From assembly GCA_027031765.1 (NCBI GenBank), contig JALVPN010000190.1, forward strand, positions 1 to 26,061: DNA of 26,061 bases, written 5' to 3'. The stretch comes from Promethearchaeota archaeon (GTDB lineage Archaea; Asgardarchaeota; Thorarchaeia; Thorarchaeales; Thorarchaeaceae). Within the stretch, counting starts at the first letter, position 1; each line of letters begins with the position of its first letter. The notes under the pieces are model-generated. The model did not search any database, was not told the DNA's origin, and saw only the letters and a list, made by a program, of their open reading frames with translations. Position numbers and translations under genes: made by a program. Below, one piece after another: positions 8,258 through 16,692 of the stretch.

Positions 8258-8878
8258 ATGACGCATGACGAGCTCCAGGATTTGTGGAAACGGGAAGTAC
8301 TGTCTAGTGACCTCCAGGATCTAGATGACACAACTCTTTCTAGGGCTGTCCAGTTCGTTTCAGCCATACGTGTTGCAGTCGCGGATGCCGACCCGTCTGA
8401 CACCCTCACGAAGCGTGTCTTGGAACAAGAGGCGCTTGTATCAGAGTCTATATTGCGCGACCTCCTTGAGCTGCGCCAGATTAAGATTCTCAGGGCTGCT
8501 CTTTCAGGGCAGCAGCCTAGCGGTCAGATGATTCTGGCTGAGGAGGAACTACATGCTCGCGTTTCGCGTGCCATTGCTAGTCATCAAGACTTCATGTCCG
8601 ACTGCACCGAAGGTGGGCCGCAGGCTGTCATCGCGCGCCCGGAAGCACATGGGGACGCCACAGGAAGTCCGACAACTGAAAATGACGGGAAGATGAGTTA
8701 TCTACTTGTCCGGTTTCTCAAGGATGTTGATACCCCCGTTGTGGGTTTGGACGGTCTGACGTATGGCCCATTCAGAGAGAACGATATTGCAACAATCCCC
8801 TTGGCAAATGCACGCGTCTGGCTCAGGGACCGCACTGTCGCAAGGGTCGATATCCGTTGGCTTGAAAGAGGTGAGTGA
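8258..8878 (+). CDS. GINS15/Gins51 subunit
   Basis: Helical A-domain (ILRDLLELRQIKIL) and B-domain VRFLKDV..VGLDGLTYGPF.ENDIATIPLANA; directly follows priS. Confidence 0.88.
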   Translation: MTHDELQDLWKREVLSSDLQDLDDTTLSRAVQFVSAIRVAVADADPSDTLTKRVLEQEALVSESILRDLLELRQIKILRAALSGQQPSGQMILAEEELHARVSRAIASHQDFMSDCTEGGPQAVIARPEAHGDATGSPTTENDGKMSYLLVRFLKDVDTPVVGLDGLTYGPFRENDIATIPLANARVWLRDRTVARVDIRWLERGE

Positions 8879-8879
8879 G

Positions 8880-9176
8880 ATGGCCTCGCCACATGAGGAG
8901 CTTGCAAGTGTCATGAGGTTCGTTGAGGATTACTGGAGGGGACTGGACGCGGAGCTCAAGCGTCTTGAGGTGCTCCTGTCAACGGTCTTCCGTCTCACGA
9001 GTGGCCAAGGCCCCGCGACACTCGAAAAGTTGGTTGGTGACCCCCACCAGATGAAACAACAGGTCATCACAGCTGCTGCTAGGATTAGACAGGATACTAA
9101 GCTGTATCACGCCCGGCTGAGGTCGCGTCTCGAACGTCTCCATGACCAACTACTGTCGGTCGAGGGAAAACGCTAA
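8880..9176 (+). CDS. Hypothetical alpha-helical/coiled-coil protein (98 aa)
   Basis: ATG 1 bp after the gins15 stop, with GAGGTGAG SD; amphipathic helices. Confidence 0.7.
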   Translation: MASPHEELASVMRFVEDYWRGLDAELKRLEVLLSTVFRLTSGQGPATLEKLVGDPHQMKQQVITAAARIRQDTKLYHARLRSRLERLHDQLLSVEGKR

Positions 9177-9211
9177 GTGGTACCACATGGCCCAGTATTG
9201 TTGGTGAAGAC

Positions 9212-9409
9212 ATGCGGACGGCCCGGGACTGGATACTCGTCGGCGGGTGGGCTCTATGTGTCATCCTCGCATTGTGGAGCAGCTTCCTCTACCCGATGAA
9301 TGAAGCGCCCATCTTGGATGTTGCCCTATACGCGGTCGGTATCATCGTGATTTCCTTCCTGATATTCCTCCTAATCTGCCGCCATGCATCGCCGACTCCT
9401 TCGTCCTGA
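9212..9409 (+). CDS. Small membrane protein with two predicted TM helices (65 aa)
   Basis: GGTGA SD; two hydrophobic stretches (WILVGGWALCVILALWSSFLY; VALYAVGIIVISFLIFLLIC). Confidence 0.7.
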   Translation: MRTARDWILVGGWALCVILALWSSFLYPMNEAPILDVALYAVGIIVISFLIFLLICRHASPTPSS

Positions 9410-9430
9410 CGTCCCGCCCTGCCCCTAGTT

Positions 9431-9440
9431 CTCTCTTTTT
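9431..9440 (+). terminator. Pyrimidine/T-tract, possible terminator of the pcn-priS-gins unit
   Basis: CTCTCTTTTT about 20 bp after the last stop; archaeal terminators are oligo-T tracts. Confidence 0.35.
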
Positions 9441-9450
9441 GTCCCCTCTG

Positions 9451-9463
9451 GAAACTTTTAATA
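9451..9463 (+). promoter_or_regulatory. Putative BRE-TATA of the hdr operon
   Basis: GAAAC followed by TTTTAATA, about 65 bp upstream of the hdrC ATG. Confidence 0.55.
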
Positions 9464-9528
9464 TTCGCCTGGGGTCGGTCCTCGCACCTATCGACTGTCC
9501 GGGATTATGCCCGTGGTGGTGTACTCTT

Positions 9529-10071
9529 ATGTCAGAAGCTGGAGAACACAGTACCACCCCAGTCACACTCGTAGACCCCATCGACATCTCCACTCTGGAT
9601 CCGCACTTCCGGAATGAGATCCGTAGTATGCCAAATGGTGACGACCTCTATGCGTGTTTTGCATGCACCACCTGCACGGCGGCATGTCCAATTGCATGCC
9701 AGTGGACATACAAGCCCCACCAGCTCATCCGTATGATTCTACTTGGCATGCGCAACGAGGTGCTGTCAAGCAAGGAAATCTGGGAGTGCCTTACATGTTT
9801 TCAGTGTCAGGAACGCTGCCCGCAGGGCGTCCGGGTCACAGACATCATCTTTGACTGCAAGAACCTTGCTGCTGAGGAAGGCCTAGTCCCAGAAAATATA
9901 CTGGGCCTTGGGCGTCAGCTCCTCGAGTCCGGTCAACTGTATCAGGTCACAGCCGACTGGGAACGGGAGGATTTGGGGCTTGAGCCTGAAGTCCCTGGCC
10001 TTGACCCTGAGCCTATGAAGGCAATCCTACACGGCACCCGAACTGGTCGACTTGTTGGGGGTGGTGACTAG
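9529..10071 (+). CDS. hdrC: Heterodisulfide reductase subunit C
   Basis: CFACTTCTAACP and CLTCFQCQERCPQGV ferredoxin motifs; PHQLIRMILLG; adjacent to hdrB. Confidence 0.92.
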   Translation: MSEAGEHSTTPVTLVDPIDISTLDPHFRNEIRSMPNGDDLYACFACTTCTAACPIACQWTYKPHQLIRMILLGMRNEVLSSKEIWECLTCFQCQERCPQGVRVTDIIFDCKNLAAEEGLVPENILGLGRQLLESGQLYQVTADWEREDLGLEPEVPGLDPEPMKAILHGTRTGRLVGGGD

Positions 10072-10072
10072 G

Positions 10073-10939
10073 ATGCCGACGTATAACCTGTACATGGGCT
10101 GCAGTGTCCCGGCGAATTACCCCAACTATGAGATCTCAATGCTCAAGGTTGCTGAAGCGCTTGGGATTGACCTAGTGTACATGGAGGGGGTGGGCTGTTG
10201 TGGGAGCCCAAACCTCCGTGCAATCGACTACTTCGGCTGGTTGCTAGTAAACGCACGTACACTTGCTATTGCAGAGAAATCGGGGCATGACGTTGTCACC
10301 CCGTGCAATGGGTGCTTCGGCTCGTTGAAGGACGTCCATCACTTTCTACTGCATAACTCGGAGTACCGGACGCGTGTGAACGAGGAGCTCAACTCTGAGG
10401 GCCTTGAGTTCACAGGTCGAGTACGTCCGCGTCACTTTATCGAGGTCCTGTACACTGATATCGGGATTGATGCAATCCGCGAGAAGGTGACCCGTCCACT
10501 TGACGGTGTCGGTATCGCCATCCACTATGGGTGCCACCTCCTCCGCCCCGCTGATGTGACCGAGTTCGACCCGGCCATTCTTGACGAGCTTGTCCGCGTG
10601 ACCGGCGCGACCGTTGTTGAGTACCCGCTCTGGAAGCAGTGTTGTGGTGCCACGGTGCTGCCTGTCAACGAAGCACTTGCAGTCCGACTGGCACGTGACA
10701 AGCTGAAATCAATCAAAGAGGCCGGCGCATCCTTCATCACGGTCGTCTGTCCAGCCTGCGGTAACCAGCTCGACCTGCAACAGCTGGGCCTCAAGACCTC
10801 ATACGGCGAGGTGTACGACTTGCCAGTACTGCTGTACCCACAGATACTGGCACTTGCGATGGGGATGAGTGAAGATGAGATTGGGCTTGAGATGAACCGA
10901 GTCCCTGCACAGCCCATCCTTGAGCATCTCACTGGCTGA
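10073..10939 (+). CDS. hdrB: Heterodisulfide reductase subunit B (CCG family)
   Basis: Two intact CCG domains: MGC...CCGSP...PCNGC and HYGCH...CCGAT...CPAC; also QLDLQQ and PQILALAMG. Confidence 0.93.
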   Translation: MPTYNLYMGCSVPANYPNYEISMLKVAEALGIDLVYMEGVGCCGSPNLRAIDYFGWLLVNARTLAIAEKSGHDVVTPCNGCFGSLKDVHHFLLHNSEYRTRVNEELNSEGLEFTGRVRPRHFIEVLYTDIGIDAIREKVTRPLDGVGIAIHYGCHLLRPADVTEFDPAILDELVRVTGATVVEYPLWKQCCGATVLPVNEALAVRLARDKLKSIKEAGASFITVVCPACGNQLDLQQLGLKTSYGEVYDLPVLLYPQILALAMGMSEDEIGLEMNRVPAQPILEHLTG

Positions 10940-10950
10940 GGTGGACTGAG

Positions 10951-12201
10951 ATGGTCGGCCCTGTTCTGATAGTGGGGGCGGGGGTCGCCGGGATGACGGC
11001 GGCTGTTGAACTTGCTGACGCAGGAGTCCACACAGTCCTTGTAGAACGTCTCTCTACTGTGGGCGGCAATGCCCTCCGACTATACAAGGCCTTCCCAACA
11101 GATGACTGCTTCTTCTGTTTCGAGGGAAACCGGTGGCGCCCCGGAATCCGCAAGTGCTTCTACAGGAGCGCACTGACCGACCAGCCCAATATCGACCTGC
11201 GGGTCAACACCACTGTTGTCGATATTTCAGGAACCCCCGGCTCCTTCACAGTCCGTCTGCGCACAGAACCGACCTATGTCGACCCAAAGAAGTGCATCCT
11301 ATGCGGCCTGTGTACCACTCGTTCTGAGGCCTTCAAGTTGAGCTCGCCCCAGTGCCAGCCCCAGACTGTTTCGGTAGACCCGACACTGCTGGACGACGAG
11401 GCACGCAGGGTCGCATCTGAGTGCCCGACGCATGCCATTGACTTGGACGCGACGCCTTCTGAGGACACACTAGTGGTATCAGACATTGTGATTGCCACGG
11501 GATACCATGAGTTCAAGCCCCAAGGTGTGCAGGAGTACGGCTATGGGGAGCACCCGAATATTATCACACAACTGGAGTTGGCCGAGATGCTCGACCCCAC
11601 TGGGCCGTCCGGGGGTGTCCTCCTGCGTCCATCCGATGGCGCCCCTGTGGAGCGGGTCATGATGGTTCAGTGCGTCGGTAGCCGTAGCGTGGACCATTTC
11701 CCCTTCTGCTCCAAGATATGTTGTGTCTTCGCACTGAAGCATGCTAACATAATCGCGCAGGAGCACAATGGGATCCGTGTGGATGTGGTCTACATGGATA
11801 TCCGCACCTACGACCGTCACGAGCGGTACTACCGCATGGCACGTAGGGCTGGTGTTGGCTTTATCCGTGGCAGGGTCTCCCGTGTAGTCCCACGCGATGA
11901 TGGTCGGCTGGATGTGGTCATTTACGACTCCCTCCTAGACCAGTATCTTCAGTACGAAGTCGACCTCTTTGTACTCTCATCCGCTCTGGAGCCGTCCGAG
12001 GGGACTGCTGCCCTCATATCACAACTCGGCCTACAGGACCGAAGCGGTTTTGTCGCCCCTGTTGAGGACGGGTCTGTTGATGGTGTGATGGCGGGAGATC
12101 ACGTATTCGTGTGTGGGACAGCCCTTGGGCCCGCCGAGGTGCCAGAGAGTGTTACACAGGCAAGAGCAGTAGTAAGTAGAATCCTTCAAGGTGGGGTGTA
12201 A
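10951..12201 (+). CDS. hdrA: Short HdrA-family flavoprotein (QmoA-like size, 416 aa)
   Basis: Starts directly with Rossmann GAGVAG; has FPTDDCFFC, VIATG and QCVGSR..FCSKICC. No N-terminal Cys domain and no C-terminal ferredoxin. Confidence 0.88.
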   Translation: MVGPVLIVGAGVAGMTAAVELADAGVHTVLVERLSTVGGNALRLYKAFPTDDCFFCFEGNRWRPGIRKCFYRSALTDQPNIDLRVNTTVVDISGTPGSFTVRLRTEPTYVDPKKCILCGLCTTRSEAFKLSSPQCQPQTVSVDPTLLDDEARRVASECPTHAIDLDATPSEDTLVVSDIVIATGYHEFKPQGVQEYGYGEHPNIITQLELAEMLDPTGPSGGVLLRPSDGAPVERVMMVQCVGSRSVDHFPFCSKICCVFALKHANIIAQEHNGIRVDVVYMDIRTYDRHERYYRMARRAGVGFIRGRVSRVVPRDDGRLDVVIYDSLLDQYLQYEVDLFVLSSALEPSEGTAALISQLGLQDRSGFVAPVEDGSVDGVMAGDHVFVCGTALGPAEVPESVTQARAVVSRILQGGV

Positions 12202-12205
12202 GAAG

Positions 12206-14362
12206 ATGGCCGAGAAGTCTGCTGTATTGCTGTGCACGTGCGGTGGTCAGCTCAACTTGGACTACGAAGCCCTTGTAGACCGGCTTGGCGAGATGGAGTT
12301 GGCAGGGCATGTCGAAGTGCATGACCTTGTCTGCCAGCCTGATGGCCTTGATGTTGTCAAGCGCCTCCTTGCTGAGCATGGCCGGCTTGTCATTGCGGCG
12401 TGCACGTCCCAGAAACTGAAGCCACGGGTCGATATGGCCCTCCAACATGATGGCGTGACAGCCCCACTCATCACCTACGTCAACATCCGTGAACAACTGG
12501 CTTGGGTTCACAAGCCGTCTCCGGAGGCGACCGAAAAGGCTCTCGACACAGTCCATGGTGCCATCTCTCTGTCCGCCCTTGCAGAGCCCCCTTCCGTTGT
12601 ATGCAAGGATCTGCCACGTCACGTTACTATCATCGGTGCCGGAATTGCAGGCCTTGAGTGCGCTGTCAACCTCTCCCGCCTTGGCTACTCCGTGGCCCTG
12701 CTGGAGCGCTCGGACGAAGTGGGCGGTCATCTCCGCAGGCTCCCTGTGATAGCACCCACCGGGCGTTCTGGCCCTGAAGTCCTCGGGCCACGTATTGATG
12801 CTGTGATGTCCAGTGACCGGATTGACGTCATGCTTGGTGTAGATGTCAAGTTTGTCGAGGGAGAGGTGGGATCCTTCAAAGTCCACTATACGGCAGATGG
12901 TTCCCAGGAGGATGGCGTAATCGAAACATCAGCTGTAGTCCTCGCAATGGGCTTCAAAGAGTTCAAACCCACCATGATGGACGAATACGGGTATGGACGG
13001 AACCCCGATGTGATAACGCAGTACGAGCTGTCCACCATGTTGTCCGAGGGCCGTCTGGAACGTCCATCTGACGGTGGTTCCGTGAAAGAAGTAGTGATGG
13101 TGCAGTGCGTGGGCAGCAGATCTGAACAGTTCAAGCGTGACTGCAGCAAGCTCTGCTGCACCTTCGCTATTGACAATGCCCTTGAGCTACTGGAACGTGA
13201 CCCTGCCATTCGCGTTCATATAGTATACATGGACATCCGGGTTCCCTTTGAGAATGAGGCTGTCTACCGCGAGTCCCGAGAAAAGGGGGTCGACTACATC
13301 AGGGGCCGTGTGTGTTCAGTATGGCAGTCTGGCAACAACACATACCTCCGACTGTATGACTCGCTCATGGATCAGTACTTCCAGTTGTCCCCGGACTTGG
13401 TGGTGCTCTCATCTGCACTACTGCCCCCTGATGGTGTGGAAGAGCTGGCTGAAACACTGGGCTATGCTGTCGAGTATGACGGTCACGTGAAGGAACTGTA
13501 CGGAAAGCTCCGACGGGTCGAAACACGTCGCCGTGGTGTGTTTGCCATCGGAGCTGTGACGGGCCCCCAGTTCGTTTCGGAGGCAATCACTGATGCACAG
13601 GCTGCTGCTCTCCTCGTGCACGCCGAGCTCCAAGGTGGCCGTATTGAAACAGTGCCACGTGGTGCTGTACTCGACTTGGACTCCTGTGTGGGCTGCAGTC
13701 TATGCGCCCAGCACTGTCCACGTGGTGTACCACTGATGATTGAGCAGGACGGGGGAGCCGACGAGACCGAGAAAATCCAGTTCAAGGCCGCCATAGACAT
13801 CCTGAACTGTCATGCATGTGGTGTATGCCAGAGCCTATGCCCCTCCGGTGCAACGGAGTTGAACTTCCTGACCAACGAACAGTTATGGGCACAGACTAAG
13901 GGCGCACTGTCCCATGCAGGACGTGACCGCCCTGTGACCCTGTGCTTCTATTGTGAGGAGTGCGCAGCCTCGACAATTGACATTGCTGGTACACTCCATA
14001 TGGAGTATCCCGCAAGCACTCGCCTAATACCGGTCCCCTGCGCGGGGCGCGTTTCAGCAATCGACATCTTGCGGGCCTTCGAATACGGCGCAGCCACCGT
14101 GATGATTGCGTCATGCGAAAAGAACCGTTGTCATATGGGTGGTACAGGGAACGAGATTGCACAGGCGCAAGTCGATGTAACAAAGGAAATCCTGTCTGCA
14201 ATCGGGTGGGACTCAAGACGCGTGGAGATGTACCGGATGTTCAGTGCGGAGCCTGAGCGTTTCAGGTCTGCCATAGCCGAGATGGTTGAACGTGCACATG
14301 ACCTTGGCCCAACACCTGTGCACTTGGGCACGGCTGGTCAGTGGAAGGAGGTCGTTTCATGA
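12206..14362 (+). CDS. hdrA: Long HdrA-family flavoprotein fused to ferredoxin and MvhD (QmoB-like architecture, 718 aa)
   Basis: N-terminal LLCTCG, GAGIAG, QCVGSR..CSKLCC, CVGCSLCAQHCP and CHACGVCQSLCP, then an MvhD domain (CFYCEEC, VPCAGRV, SCEKNRCH). Confidence 0.9.
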   Translation: MAEKSAVLLCTCGGQLNLDYEALVDRLGEMELAGHVEVHDLVCQPDGLDVVKRLLAEHGRLVIAACTSQKLKPRVDMALQHDGVTAPLITYVNIREQLAWVHKPSPEATEKALDTVHGAISLSALAEPPSVVCKDLPRHVTIIGAGIAGLECAVNLSRLGYSVALLERSDEVGGHLRRLPVIAPTGRSGPEVLGPRIDAVMSSDRIDVMLGVDVKFVEGEVGSFKVHYTADGSQEDGVIETSAVVLAMGFKEFKPTMMDEYGYGRNPDVITQYELSTMLSEGRLERPSDGGSVKEVVMVQCVGSRSEQFKRDCSKLCCTFAIDNALELLERDPAIRVHIVYMDIRVPFENEAVYRESREKGVDYIRGRVCSVWQSGNNTYLRLYDSLMDQYFQLSPDLVVLSSALLPPDGVEELAETLGYAVEYDGHVKELYGKLRRVETRRRGVFAIGAVTGPQFVSEAITDAQAAALLVHAELQGGRIETVPRGAVLDLDSCVGCSLCAQHCPRGVPLMIEQDGGADETEKIQFKAAIDILNCHACGVCQSLCPSGATELNFLTNEQLWAQTKGALSHAGRDRPVTLCFYCEECAASTIDIAGTLHMEYPASTRLIPVPCAGRVSAIDILRAFEYGAATVMIASCEKNRCHMGGTGNEIAQAQVDVTKEILSAIGWDSRRVEMYRMFSAEPERFRSAIAEMVERAHDLGPTPVHLGTAGQWKEVVS

Positions 14363-16656
14363 ACGGGAGGCACAAGACACAGTCACTCCCACCAAAGCGG
14401 CAGCGCATGCTTGAGATGATTCTGGCTCTGGGTGGTCTGAAGGAGGCTGAGGCCATCCCCCCAGGTAAGGTCTCCGAGGCCCTGGAACAACTGCGCCGAG
14501 AACTGGTGCCCCTCCTTGAACCGGTACTCTCGTTTCCCGACCAGTACTACACTGAGTTCTTGGATGTGATTGAGCGGACTGCCATCCTCGACCAGGTGAC
14601 GGATGAATCAATCGTCCGTGACGCCATCTCCAGTATCGAGAGTGTTGCTCTAGACGACAGGTCTGAAGATGTCGGCCGGCTCTTGTCCCTCCTGCAAAGT
14701 GCTCTCTCCGAGTCGGTGCATGAGGGGCCCACCTCGCCAACGGAGCGGGCCCCTAACATTGTCGGCGCCCTACAGGAAATCGCTGTGCTGGTCGACGAGA
14801 TTGCGGGTGCGGTGTCCAACTTTGAAGAGGCCGCCCGTCACACTGCCCAAGAAGCTGCTGCAAGCCTGGGCTCTCTCGTGTCTTCCTTTGAAGAGATACG
14901 GTCTGTGGTGGATGAGAGTGCTGCGTCTGCTCTCGAACGGATTGCAAAACTCGGGACGTCCCTACGCTATGGGCCACTGATGCGTGCAGTTGCCCAGATC
15001 AGACGTGCCCATGCTGATGGTCGCATTGATGATGCACGCCTGTCACAACTGGTCTCGCAGAACATAGTCCACGAGCTGATTCGGGGGCTGATACTGTTTG
15101 TCCTGCGTCAAATCGGCCCGCAGACGGTTGTCAGGATTGCTGAACTCCTGCACTTGCCACCCGCAGAAGTACAGGGGGCAATCGTCAGCATGATTGACCG
15201 TGCTGAGGTCGAGATTGTTGCGGTTGAGGACTCATCACCTGTGTTCTCAAGAGTGCTGCCCCGTACGCCCGCCTCTACGGTGATACTCAAACAGGCTGTC
15301 CAGCAGCTCCGTGGTGCGGTCAAGCTGTTTGACGACGACACACGTCAAATGATTGACGACGACACACGTCAAATGATTGACGACTCACTGCAACGCATGA
15401 CCGCTCTCTTGGAGAGGCTCCAGCTCCTAGGAGAGTTTGACGAGTCGGTGCTCTCAGAATCTGTAACACGTCTACGTGAGCTGGTCTCCTCAGTCCTCGA
15501 GAGCGCATTGAAGCAGGCATCATCCCAGAACATGGAAGACCTCCAACTCCTTATTGCAGCGGGGCTGGAGGCATTTGCCCGGTTCCGCCTCAAGATTGCG
15601 CTCGAAAAGGGCCCCTCCCTCGTCACGGGCACAAACGTGTATGGCGAACGGCTGGATCCCCAAGTATACGAGCGACTGATGGACACCTATCTTGAGAACG
15701 AGCTCGAACGTGGCACTATCCTGGTTCTGATTAGGAAGCTGGGGGCAATGACTGCAGCAGACCTTGCCCAGCGTACCGGAATCCCTCAAGACCGCGTGTT
15801 CCGACACCTGCTGCAGATGAAGCGGGCCGAGCTCCTCACTATCGCAGGTGAACGCGACGGCTATGTGCTCTACGATGTGCCACACGTGCCCAGCGAGGTC
15901 GAGATTGCACTTGGGACGGTGTGTGGTCTGATTCCGGAACTAGAACGGGCGAGTCATGAAGTGAAGCAGATTGTAGACAATCTACGGGCTGAGGATATCG
16001 GCCGTCTCGCATCTGCACTGGATGTCTTCTCCCGCGCATGTGACCATCTCAAGAAAGTCACAATCGGAGGTACCGTAGTCGGCGAGAGTATTCTGACAGC
16101 CGTAGAACCGAAGGTGCGGAGTGCAGTGGGAATAACACTGAGGACACGCGCCAAGCTCCCGACCACCCGCCCCAAGGTTACAGTTGACGAACTTGACGCC
16201 GTTGATGTCCCCTCCGTGTTGGACGAGTACAAGTCGATGATGGGATACGCCCCTCTCGTAGGGTTCGGCACGGTCAACTGGGATCAGTCCAAGTGCCTCG
16301 GCTGCAAGTCCTGTGAAATTGCGTGCCCTGAGGACGCAATCTATCTGAGGCCTGTGTTCGACATCGACAAGGTGATTGTCATGTCCGAAGAACAGCTCGC
16401 ACGCCTCCCAGTCCAGCGTGCACTGTTCTATCAGCTAATCCGCAAACTGGCGGCAACGCGCCCTTCCGAACCCATTACACTACAGAATGACATCCCCGGC
16501 ATTGGCCATGTCCAAGTCGACCTGCACCTCTGCATTGGGTGTAGGACCTGTGTCAGACGTTGCCCGGGCCCAGAGGATGGCGCGCTCGAACTGGAGCTCA
16601 AGTGGACTCTTCCTGAGGTCGTCCGCCAGCTCACAGCTCTCTCCCCTACAGAATGA
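14359..16656 (+). CDS. Uncharacterised 765-aa protein: helical regions, two winged-HTH modules and a C-terminal 2x[4Fe-4S] ferredoxin
   Basis: ATGA overlap with the hdrA-mvhD stop. HTH-like segments at about 15073-15252 and 15700-15876; CLGCKSCEIACP and CIGCRTCVRRCP. Confidence 0.85.
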   Translation: MNGRHKTQSLPPKRQRMLEMILALGGLKEAEAIPPGKVSEALEQLRRELVPLLEPVLSFPDQYYTEFLDVIERTAILDQVTDESIVRDAISSIESVALDDRSEDVGRLLSLLQSALSESVHEGPTSPTERAPNIVGALQEIAVLVDEIAGAVSNFEEAARHTAQEAAASLGSLVSSFEEIRSVVDESAASALERIAKLGTSLRYGPLMRAVAQIRRAHADGRIDDARLSQLVSQNIVHELIRGLILFVLRQIGPQTVVRIAELLHLPPAEVQGAIVSMIDRAEVEIVAVEDSSPVFSRVLPRTPASTVILKQAVQQLRGAVKLFDDDTRQMIDDDTRQMIDDSLQRMTALLERLQLLGEFDESVLSESVTRLRELVSSVLESALKQASSQNMEDLQLLIAAGLEAFARFRLKIALEKGPSLVTGTNVYGERLDPQVYERLMDTYLENELERGTILVLIRKLGAMTAADLAQRTGIPQDRVFRHLLQMKRAELLTIAGERDGYVLYDVPHVPSEVEIALGTVCGLIPELERASHEVKQIVDNLRAEDIGRLASALDVFSRACDHLKKVTIGGTVVGESILTAVEPKVRSAVGITLRTRAKLPTTRPKVTVDELDAVDVPSVLDEYKSMMGYAPLVGFGTVNWDQSKCLGCKSCEIACPEDAIYLRPVFDIDKVIVMSEEQLARLPVQRALFYQLIRKLAATRPSEPITLQNDIPGIGHVQVDLHLCIGCRTCVRRCPGPEDGALELELKWTLPEVVRQLTALSPTE
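15331..15384 (+). repeat. Perfect 24-bp tandem duplication (DDDTRQMI x2)
   Basis: GACGACGACACACGTCAAATGATT at 15331-15354 and 15355-15378, plus a partial third copy GACGAC. Confidence 0.95.
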
Positions 16657-16661
16657 GGGGC

Positions 16662-16669
16662 TTTTTATA
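16662..16669 (+). promoter_or_regulatory. TTTTTATA: TATA for a leaderless downstream ORF and/or T-tract terminator of the hdr operon
   Basis: Lies 5 bp after the stop at 16656 and about 25 bp before ATG 16693. Confidence 0.45.
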
Positions 16670-16692
16670 GAGGTGTGACGACACGCACAGGT

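Noticed and set aside
9529-14362. Methanogenesis or sulfate reduction inferred from hdr/qmo-like genes
   Set aside because: No mcr, mtr, apr or dsr in the window; Hdr modules are widespread in other anaerobes.
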